This document shows positions 49,930-61,229 of a stretch of DNA of 64,000 nucleotides, piece after piece. Source of the stretch: Paecilomyces variotii (taxonomy: Eukaryota); assembly GCA_004022145.1 (NCBI GenBank), contig RCNU01000001.1; one strand, 5' to 3'. The notes beneath the pieces are model-generated. The model saw only the letters and a list, made by a program, of their open reading frames with translations. It was not told the origin of the DNA and did no database searches. Numbering within the stretch: position 1 is the first letter of the stretch; the number at the start of each line of letters is the position of its first letter. The position numbers were made by a program, and so were the translations under genes.

Positions 49930-52177
49930 ATGATGCGTCTCATTGACTTATGGAGAGGACTGCTGTTGCTTTCTGCTTCGACAGCGACATTTGCGATAAC
50001 AAATAAACAGACTGAAGCGGTGTGTATGTGAACGCCCTTTAATGTAATAATATCCTGGATAGATCATGACCATATCTCAGTGGTTCCATTTGCTCTCGAC
50101 CCCCTACCTCTGGGCAGCGTCACACCCAATGGCTGGCTTCGAACAGAACTCGAAACATCCGCCGCTGGCCTTGGTGGGCACCTATTCGACTTTTGGTCCT
50201 TTGTCGCAAATTCCAGCTGGATCGGCGGCGACTCTGAATACAGTGACCTCAACGAAGCGCTTCCATATTGGGTAAATGCAATGGTCCCGCTCTCTTATAC
50301 CCTACAGGACGAACGATTGAAAAGCAATGTGCATTATGTTGTCGATACTATCATCGACCGCATACAGTCTGATGGATGGATAGGTCCGGAAACGCTGGCT
50401 GGTGGAGAACGAATGATCTGGGCGCGTACCTTGCTTTTTCTTGGATGGACTAACTTGGTCGAAGCGAATGCGACTTATGAGAAACCGATAATCGACGCGA
50501 TGCATCGTTTTAACAGGTTGATGAACACAATGCTCAAGAATAATGGTACCGGGATGATTTGGCATGAAGGAGACAAATTAAGCCCTTCGGATTATGTCTG
50601 GTTTATCTCGAGAACTGAAGACATGATGGTTAGTTTGCAGTGGCTGATCGATCATTATCCTGGTAACCAGACCGATATTTTGAAAGAGAATATCGATCTC
50701 ATACACCATTTTGGATCGAAGTGGGAGGCTTGGTATACCAATGGCACTTATGTCACGCAAGATCTTTACGATGTTCCCGCATCGGTGACGACTGATCAGT
50801 GGCAGTTCTTGCATGGCGTTACTGTCGCTGAGGGCAAGTGATTGATCTTTAGTTTCTTTTTTCATGCTGAACCGGTCGTAGGTTTGAAAGCAGCAGCGGT
50901 CCTCCGAAGATCCACTTTCAATGACAGTCTTCTTAAGACAGCAAAAGACGGCGTATGTGCGCGGTTACCCTTGAGGCTCTTTTCATGTTCTGACTTATAT
51001 TCTGAATAAGGTTGACTGGACATTCGAATACCATGGTGCAGCATCTGGTACAATTCTGGCAGATGAACGTTTAGATGGCGTTAATCCTTACTACGGATCG
51101 GAACTCTGCACAGATGTTGAAACCATATACTCGCTCGCATACAACTACTTCGCGATAGGCGACAACGACTACGCGGATCGAGCCGAGAGAGCGGCGTTTA
51201 ACGCACTTCCAGCTGCTGTATCTGGGGACTGGTGGAGTCACCAGTATATGACGCAGCCCAACCAGCCGTATTCTAAGAACCTCTCTTCAACCCCGTTCTG
51301 GGATGTGAATACCCAGGGACAGACTTTCGGACTGGAACCGAACTATCCTTGTTGTACTGTTAACCATCCACAAGGGTATCCCAAGTTCACTATGTATAGC
51401 TGGTTAAAGAAGGGCGAGACGGGACTGGTCCATGCTCTTCTGAGCCCAAGTCATGTCGAGACTCAAGTGGCTGGCGGAGATGTCACCGTTGACTGCCAGA
51501 CTGATTATCCATTTCGAAATGAATTGACATATACCATAACCACAGACAAGACGTTTGAATTTTACGTGCGTGTTCCGGGATGGGCGACTGGAAGTACTAT
51601 CTCCAGCTCAGACAAGGGACAACAGGCGGGTGAATTGGACCCGAAATCTGGCTTACGGGGTATCGAAGTTTCCCCGGGCACCACTACCATCGAATATAAT
51701 ATCAGCGAGATAGCTTCGAAGTTCCGCACAGAGCCACGCGCAAATGACACGATCGCCGTTTACCAGGGCCCGCTTCTATACGCGATTCATATCCCTCCTG
51801 TGGTTTCGTCGGGACCACCGAAGCTTTATAACAATCAACAACCCTTCGCACCTGGCACTTACCCACCACAGGCGCATGATTATCAGATGTTAAACAGCAC
51901 AGAGTGGAACGTCGCCATTGATCCTTCAACTATAACTTACTATGACGGAGGCGAGAACACTGCTCTTCCTCAACCGACGTGGGATGATGGTCAGTTGCCC
52001 ATGTACATGACAGCCAAAGCATGTTTGATCGACTGGCCGTTATTCAGAGGATCGGTTCCGGGATGGCCTATTCTGAAGGAGGATCGAAAGTGCTTGGGTG
52101 ATGCGTTTAATGCGACCTTGCGACCATATGGAAGCGCAAAGTTGCATATGGCCGAAATTCCCACTATCGATTTGTAA
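49930..52177 (+). CDS. Secreted GH127/GH146-type (DUF1680, beta-L-arabinofuranosidase-like) glycoside hydrolase
   Basis: Signal-peptide-like MMRLIDLWRGLLLLSASTATFA, then LPLGSVTPNGWL, NEALPYW, HGVTVAEGLK, ADERL..GSELCTDVE, ADRAERAAFNALP, NYPCCTVNHPQG, TDYPF, VRVPGW, GPLLYA, LRPYG. Introns 50024-50080, 50834-50881 (GC-AG) and 50953-51010. Confidence 0.9.
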
Positions 52178-52877
52178 GTGTTATTCTGTTGCCTTCTCCT
52201 TGGTGAAATTAGGCAAAAGAATCGTGTTTGGGATAATTATACCAAGATGGAAAGGCATGTAACGGAGTGGAGTGCTGTATACAATAGTGTTGAGAAAAAG
52301 GGATAACACCCTTCATTCAGATAATTGTGAGTGTACTCTGGATACCTACTTAGTACAGAATTCATCCAAAACTATCTGCATTTATTTCGAAGGACAAAGA
52401 ATAAACTATAGAAGGTCATTATAAGGGGAGACTTATATATGAGGTTTCAATGTCATCATAATCATAATGGGGGGGGCGAGCGATGAAGACTGCAGGCAGA
52501 TGCCGCAGCAACTTAGCGCACCGTCAAGGGAATTCAGCCTGATCGACTCCGCCACACAACAGAGTCCACATTAAATGTTCATGCACTGTGTACTTTATGC
52601 GGCAGCTGACCAATAACAAACTCTATCTCAACACCTAAATAATAAATCTGAGGCTTCTAAAATTATAGCAATAAGTCAGCCTTGCGATCTCCCTCTGGAC
52701 TGTGATAGAAATAGTACCGCTGTACGTTTAACGCCTCATTGTTGCCTACAATTATGTGTTGGACAATATCCAATTAGACATCTACCCTTTGACTATATGC
52801 TGTTGGTATTATGTTGGTGTCTCAGACAGTGTTTGAGCTGGTATTCAGTCGCTACCTCTATAGAATCCATGCCAATA

Positions 52878-53019
52878 TGGCATGGAACGGTATAGTGGAG
52901 GAAAGAAGCTTGGATTCTCCCCTCCTGTTGGAGAGGTGTACTAAATACTAGCTAAGCCTAAGGCGGTATAGGATACTGCTATTTAGCACCTCTGTGCCCC
53001 TTTATAGTATTCTGTAATA
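52878..53019 (-). repeat. 3' LTR of Gypsy element 2 (142 bp)
   Basis: Direct repeat of 60326-60467; all differences are transitions. Confidence 0.93.
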
Positions 53020-56000
53020 AATTCCCCCCTTTAGAAAATATTATTATCTTTATTAATATTATATAAATATAAATAAGCTTATATATTCCTGCTTTTTTTT
53101 AGTCTGCCCTTATATTATAGTTTGGGAACTGTTGCTGCTATATCTATAGTTAGCTTCTTCTTAGAATATTTAGGCTTATATTGTAATACTAGTATTAGTG
53201 TAGATTTAATAGGATTATCTGGCTAAAGCGGATATTTAATATTATATTCTATAAGTAATTTAGAAGCTCCCTAAGATAGCTTATATTTTAGATATTAGAT
53301 ATTATATTCTAGACTGCAGTTCTTCTAGTATACTAAATACTTTAGAATAGGCGAATTTTAGTTGCGCTTAATACAATATTAATTAATTAATTATTTAATC
53401 TTAAAATATTGCTATTCTTTTTTATCGGTAAACTTAAGTTTATTTAGTACTCTTATTATAGTAGGGCATTTAAATAGATCTTAGCTAGGCTATAGCTCTA
53501 AATAAGCAATAGAAAATACTAGGTAAATATATTAATAAGGCGAGAGTTTAAGTTTATAAGTTAATTATCCTACCCTCTATATTATTATAAAAAGGCTAGT
53601 GTATTATACTAATAGTTTAAGTCCTAGCATAGCTATAGATAGCAGGTTATACTTATAGTATAGCTATAAAAGGACTTAGTTATTTAATATAAAATAGATT
53701 AGAGTATAAAGACTATTATATTAATATTTTATATCTATTACTATTATTATTATTGCCTCCTATATATTAATACAGCAGGTAAAGTCCTAGCTTTATAATA
53801 ATATAGCTATAAGTAATATAGGAGTATTAAGCTTAATTCTAAAAAATAGCTTATAAGGTAAAGACTTAGTAGAAATATTTAGAACTAAATTTAATACCTC
53901 TTAAAGCTATAGTAAAACGCGCAGCTAGGCTATAATATTATCTAATATTGTAAGATAATATTAAAGTATATATTTAATAGTCTAGTTAGTCTTTTTAGAC
54001 TATTTATCTATCTACAGGTAATATAAAGTAAAAAATATTAAATTATATCTAAGTTATTAAAATATAGTATTTTATATTTTTAATATAAACTTGCAATCTC
54101 TATTAGAGATAATAGTATATAAAATACCTTAATCTCCTAGTTATAAGTAGGTAATAAAAGTATTAGCTTATACTATAGCCGTTTAAACTATATTCCTTAA
54201 GATAAAAGTTACTCTCTTTATAAACTTATAAGTAACAGATATAATATAATTAAATTTATTACTTCTTAATAGGCCTAAGATAAAGTTAATAGTTATTATA
54301 TAAAATAAGATTAGTAATATTATAATAGGCTGTAGAGAGCTATATAGTCTATAATATTATATATAGTTAAAAAGATAAGCTTTATAGTATTATATATAAT
54401 AATATAGTATTTTAAAATACTAATAAATAAATAAACTATCTAGGCGTATAATAGTGCGTTTATATCCTAGATAGCCTGTGTTGTTATATATAATTTTAAA
54501 TATATCGCTAAGTAAACTCCTAGAAATATATAGATGCTATTAATCTATATACCTATTAATAGAGTATAATAAATTGTTTCTTATTATATATAATAACTCT
54601 ATAGTATTATCTCCTAGTTTAGCATTTAATCTAACTATAGTAATAATCTTAGCCTATTATAAATTAGATTTATATCTTATAATAATTTAGGCTTTAAATA
54701 TATTACTAATACTAATTAGGGTTTATTAGTATAGTCTTAGATTCTCTATATCTACTATTATGCTATAATATGCACTATAGTAGCAGTTAATATCTTTAAA
54801 TATTAGGGCGTCTGGGTTAATTATAGGCGATTTAAGATAAGATAGTATATTTGCTATAATATTTATATAGCCAGGCTTATATATTAATATAAGTTTAAAT
54901 CTCTAGATATATTATAACGCGAGAATAAGGCGCAGGTTTATTTTATTAGTAGATATTAACTTTAGGGATATTTATTTAGCTATTATAATTATTATATTAT
55001 AATTTATAAAGATAATTAATAATTTTTTTATTATTTTTATTATATAATATATCTTTTATAGTGCTTATATTAAGCAGGCTACTTCTATTTTAATTAGCTA
55101 ATATTATTTTTTAGCTAGATTAAGCTATTTAGATAAAAATATTACTAGCTAGATATAGAGCTTATTAAATATAGCTTTTATATTTAAATATATTGCTAAG
55201 AGATAGTAACTATCTAGTATTATTTTAGTTTTATCTTATAGATAATATATTATAATTCTAAAATTAAACGCGCTAGTATTAATATTATAGTAGAGTTAAT
55301 ATATAGTATTATAATAAATTAAGAAGGATAATAATTAGAAATAGGTATAAATTGCCTTAAATATATTAAATTCTGCTTTTATTAATATTTTGAGTAGAGC
55401 TTTTCTAGTATAGCTTTCCCTTAGTTTACTCTTAATCGAGGCTATCTTTAATAGTATAATTCAGCGTTCTTAGAGTAGATTAATAATTTTCGCATATATT
55501 AGGATATATTATTAAAACTAGCCAGTTAATTTAAGGTAAGTCTCTAAGGCTTAAGCTGTTTTAAGGAAAAAAATATTAACTACTGCTTTAACTTTCTTAT
55601 TAATAGATATTATACTTAATAAATCTATATAATAGTTAAGAAGTTATACTAAGGGAAAGCCTATAAAGGATTTTCCTAGGCTAAGCTTAATATTTAACTT
55701 TTTTATCTTTTTAAAGACTTAATATAAGTATTTATAATATTAGTTAAATATTTTTAATGCTATAATAATATTATTAATATATATTCTTATAAAATTATAG
55801 AAGGGCTATAGATAATAATCTATTTAATATTATATATAAGCTAGTATATTATAGAAGCCTATTATTATAATATTAAAAATCTCCTATTTATAATAAGATA
55901 CTATAGAGAGCCTATTCTTATAGTCTTAATAGATATACTATTAGTATTAAAAGGATATAGTATTAAATACTAAAATATATAGCTTACTAGTTATTAATAT

Positions 56001-59000
56001 AAGAATCTTCTCCTATAAAGGAATAGGATAAATATTAGGTTTAATAATATAATTAAGCCTATAAATATTTACTACTACTCTCCCTTTATAAATAATAATC
56101 TTATTATACTTTATATTGCGCTAAATAATAAAGATAAAATATCTATTAGGTATATAGGTTACTATATATTTTATATAGCCCTATTTATATAACTTATTAA
56201 ATGTCTAATCTACTACTTTGCGATCCTTTAGGCTTAGAAAGTAGACTTTAGTATGCTTTAAGATGCTAAATTCCTATCCTTATTTTAAGAAGATTATTAG
56301 CTATTAGTTAGAAGAAATATTAGTTAAGTCTTAGTCTGACTATATATTATATAATATTATAACCTATTTAAGCCGGTAAGTAATATTAAGGGTACTGTAG
56401 ATAATAATATTATTATTAAGCTTTTATTTAAGGTATAAATTACTGCTTTATACTAATAACCCTTTAATTTTATTAGTAATAGGCGTCTAGGCTAATAGTA
56501 CTATAATAGGGTTAATATAGAAGGTATATATTTTCTTATAATTGCTAATGCGTCCTAAATAAGTCTTATAAGAGATTATTTATTTATTAGCTATAATATT
56601 AATAGCTTATATAAATAAGAAGTTTGTGTTAATAATATAGGTATATAGACTAACTCTATAATACTCTAGCTTAAAAAGGTAATCTTAATCTATAAGCAGA
56701 TTCCCTTTAAAATATATTAAGATTTAGATAGAGCTATTTAGCAATATTATAACTTTATTAGTTAAGTAGACTAGTTATAAATATATATAATTTAGCTTTG
56801 CCGTTATTATTAATAGAATATAAATATCTCTAATAGTAGTATAGGCTAATATTATAAGATATATTAATAAGCTATAGTAACTTATTATATTAATACTTAA
56901 GAGAAGGTTTACCTTTAAATAATTAACTAGATATATTTTAATATTTAGATAAAGCAGTACTAATTTACTATTCTAGGTTGCTAAATAGTTTAAAATAATA
57001 TAAATATATTTAGTTAAATTATAAACCGCTAGTCTTATCTTATTAATCCTTATCTTAGATATCTAATAAATTTCTGCTTGCGAAGCGACTTATTTAAGAA
57101 ATTTTTTATTTATTATTATTATAAAATATCTAGAATTTAAGTAAATTAGCTTAGTATTAAGGCTACCTTTAATATATACTTTTACTATAGTATAGTGCTA
57201 TTTATAAAATATATAGCTAGATAGCGTTTAAGCAATTAAAGAATTAGCTTAAATAAGCTAAGGTATTGCTATAGTTACGCCTATTATTATATTTAGAGTT
57301 ATTATATAGAATTTAACTATTATATTTAAAGTTATATTATTAAATAGTATAATTAGAGATATATACTTCTAGTAGTAATTTATATCGCGTAAGTGCTTAT
57401 AGAGCTTATTATTTAACTTAAATATTTCTTAGTAAAGCTAATATTTAAATATAGAGACAATTAGTAATATTATATAATATATAAATATATTATAATTATT
57501 ATAGCTATAGTCTAATTTAAGCTTAGAGTTATTATAATAGTTATAACTGCCCTAGTTAAAGTATTTCTTATATTTTAGCATAGGATCTTAGATATATTTA
57601 AAATGTATCGTATAGTAAGTATTCTTATATCCCTGTATATCTATATCCTCTTAATTATTCTCTATTATTCCCTTAAATTATCTTATAATATTGCTACTAT
57701 AAGCTATAGCTTATAATTAGGCGCTTATAAAAGAGCTATAATTATTATATTGCTAAGAGTATAGTTAGTAAGTATTATTATTATAGTATTAAGTTTAATT
57801 CTATAATATATAGTATTACTAGAGTTAAATACTATATTACTAAGGTTAAATGCTATATTACTAAGGTTAAATATAAGGCTAGACTAAGGGCTATGCCTAG
57901 TTTTAGTTCTATTATTATTACTAATTACCTTAGTTTATTTAAAAAGATAATATTATATTTAAATAGATAGAATAGTTAAAGTTTTAATATAAATTTTTAT
58001 TCTGTATAAACTATCTTAGGGCTCTATCTCTAGTCTAATTATTAGTATTAGCATTATATTAATTCTGCCTTAGTATAACTAGGAAAGGAGAATAATAAGA
58101 AAAGGGAGTTTTTTAATTATTATAGTTATATTATTAATAATAATATTTATTCTTATCTACTTATTCTTACTAGATAATATATACTTCCTTAATATATTTA
58201 ATAAAGTTAAAGAGTATAGTATTAGGTTATAGTACCTATATATCTTATTTTAAAAATAGTAAAAATTTATTTTATATAATTAAAAGCTAACTATATATTT
58301 TAATAATGCCTGTAATATGCGATAGTCGCAATATTTATTAGATAAATCCCTAGGGTATCTAACCTGCAGCGATATCCTATATAGTATAATATAGAGATTC
58401 TAATTATCTTATTACTATAATAGTATTAAGCTTAAAGCACTTTATTATTATAGGGATTTATTTTTCCTTAATTAAGTAGTTCTATAGGAAGTTATAATTA
58501 CTATTAAATAACTCTACTATATATTATTATAGTGCGAGGCCCTATAAAGATCTTTAGATATAGCCTTAGATTAAGGCTTCTCCTTTTATTATAGCTAAGT
58601 TATAAATATAGTTAGTAAAAATATATATATCCCTATAATATATATAACTGCTAATTATAACTATTAGGCTTATACTAATATAATTTATATTATTAAGGTT
58701 AGGGTAAAAGTACTTTAGCTTAATCTACTTTTACTAAATATTATTAACTATAGTGCTTATTAATATACCTAGGGTAAATCTAGGTCTAATAAGGTTGTTT
58801 AAGTTTATGAGATATTCTAGGTTAAGGGGTTAACTAGAGTATCCCTTATTATAAACTTAAGCTCTTTGCTATTATATTAATTATTAGTTCCTTTATTATT
58901 AAATTTACTAACTTATTTAGCTATTATAGTAAGCCCTTAGCTTAATATAGTAATTCTAGAAAATCTCTATTATTATGCGATTCTAATTAGATAGTTTTAT

Positions 59001-60325
59001 AATCTATTAGTTTATACTCTTAGCTATTTTCCTGTTAGACTTAACTATAGTATCTAATATCTTCTAAAATATATTTATTAGTATAGTATTTAAATTAGGC
59101 AGTATATTTAAGCTATTGTTTATATTTAGATTTACTATAATATTATCTGCTAAGGCTGTATTTTAGAGAAATCTGGTCTTTATATAAGATAGCTGTATAT
59201 GCGTGCGTTATTTCTAGATAGAGTTGCGCAGATTCCCAGGAATAAAAAGAGATAAGGTAAATATAGATGCAATTATTAGAAACACAGGGATTTTAGCTCC
59301 TAGTCTTATATTAGAGTTATTAATATTACTAGTATTATTAATATATTTAAAGAAAGAGAGTAAGTTAAGGGAGTCTCCTTCTAGTTATAAGATAACTAAT
59401 ATAGCTTAAAAGGACAGCTCTAAATTTCTTTTTAACTATATATATGCTCTGCTAAGCAGTTATAATAGCTCTTCTATTTTAAGATATTATTCTCTTACTT
59501 CTATTTATTAAGTTATAAAATAAGGATAATTTAGTAATAATATTACTTTTCTTAGAAGGCTCTTAATTGTATTATTTAATAATATATAATTAATTATCTA
59601 GTCTGCAGAATATTTAAATTATTTAGTTAATACTAAGGCTGTATATAAGATAATCTATAAAGTTTGCTTATATACTGTAGACCTTTTTTATATAAAGTTA
59701 GGCTTTAGATAAAAGCAAATAATAAATTTAATCAGGTTTAATATCTCCCTATTAAACTGGTTCTAGAACTATAAAGTTTCTGACTAAAATGCTATTAAAA
59801 AAAAGGCTATTGCTAAGGTTCTAATACTTAATAAAGGGAGAGTAATATTAATATACTGCTTATCAAACAATAGCGTTATTATAGAGTCCCTTAATAAACA
59901 GATATAATATTAAATATTAAATAAACAGGATAGATTATAATAAAATAGATGCAGATTATAATAAAATAGATGCGGGTTATCTTCCTATAGTAACCTTAAG
60001 GTTATAATACTTAATATTAAATCTCAGGATAGATTAAATTAATGAAACACACTTTATTATAATAGGGTAAAACGAAATTGCTAAAATCTTAATAAAGGGA
60101 AATAAGTAAGTAAGTATTAGTAGTAATAGTAATCAGTAGTAGTAATAACTAGAGATATAAGACTTAAGATAGTAAGGGGAATAAGGAGAAGCTGCGGAAA
60201 TCTGTTAGTGTTACTAGATTTAATAAAATAATAGTTTAATAGTATAGAGATAATGCTTTTAATAATTTTTAGGGCTATCCTAATGATAGTAAGGTCTTAG
60301 TAATACCCTAGGATATGCTATTAAA

Positions 60326-60467
60326 TAGCATAGAACAGTATAGTAGAGGAAAGAAGCTTGGATTCTCCCCTCCTGTTGGAGAGGTGTATTAAATACTAGC
60401 TAAGCCTAAGGCGGTATAGGATACTGCCACTTGGCACCTCCGTGCCCCTCTATAGCATTCTGTAACA
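60326..60467 (-). repeat. 5' LTR of Gypsy element 2 (142 bp)
   Basis: Direct repeat of 52878-53019; adjacent motif ATATGCTATTAAA at the PBS position. Confidence 0.93.
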
Positions 60468-60726
60468 CAATATGACGCCAAAAATGAGGCTTAAATAGAT
60501 GTACCCTGCTCACAATCCCAGTTGAACCGTTCTAATGATTCTGGGAGGCCGCGTATCTACTTTCTCAGACCCACATTAACATATAAACGCAGTCTTTGTT
60601 TGTCCACACACTTCCCTTCTGCAAGAAGCCAAAAACTCATCACTCCTCTACCCTCCCTACTTGACAAAACCAGATCAACAACTTCTTGTCATTTTCCAGT
60701 GGTGTTCTCATTCTGAACCTCATACA

Positions 60727-61229
60727 ATGGCATCTCGACCATCATCCTTTTTCGAGAGTTTTCAGGACTTCGTACATAATCCCTCCGCCCCTGTAAGCGC
60801 CGAATTCACTCGTCTGGCAGCGCTTCGCAAATGGAAGGTCAACTCAAAGACATACCGCAAGATGTGGAAGAAATGTATCTACTCGGAATTCGAGAAGAAT
60901 TATGGAAAGGAGTTTTCTCGTCTTCAGTGCTGGCAGAACCTATGTTCGGAGCTCCAGATTGGTGTCTTCGGCTCTATCAGACAGTGCAAAATGGTAATGT
61001 GCGCGTCCAGATTTCATGAGTCATATGGGTTGACTATTTCTAGGCTCTTTCCAAAGTTTACGTCAACCTTGTCGATTTGTTGGATAGCCGTGCTACGGGA
61101 ACAGTTGTGAGGACGTTTCGGACATTGAAACAATTGCGGACATACACTAGAAAGACGGGGCGCTATTTCCCAAGGGATGAGGCGAAGGAAGAGGGGTTTA
61201 TCAAGGTTCTTCTGAAGCGCATTGTATGA
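60727..61229 (+). CDS. Small basic conserved fungal hypothetical protein (~150 aa)
   Basis: ATG 60727 in ACAATGG context; intron 60994-61043. Product: FFESFQDFVHNPSAPVSAEFTRLA..YG..LQCWQNLCSEL..SIRQCKM/ALSKVYVNLVDLLD..LRTYT..RYFPRDEAK..LLKRIV*, a motif pattern I recognise from fungal hypothetical proteins. Confidence 0.8.

Larger units (their letters stand above)
52878..60467 (-). mobile_element. Second Ty3/Gypsy chromovirus-type LTR retrotransposon (7590 bp), full-length, RIP-inactivated
   Basis: 142-bp LTRs at 52878-53019 and 60326-60467 with outer TG..CA ends. TSD CAATA at 52873-52877 and 60468-60472. PPT AAAGGGGGGAATT on minus, next to the left LTR. YINN (YIDD) ~55782-55771, HPQTDGQSEKTNQ relic ~54020-53982, chromodomain EYLVRWKNCGPEYD.W relic ~53342-53295. 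Confidence 0.95.

Noticed and set aside
34609-60467. Starship or other giant cargo element spanning both AT-rich blocks
   Set aside because: No DUF3435 tyrosine-recombinase captain is visible, and each block has its own termini and TSD, so they are independent insertions.
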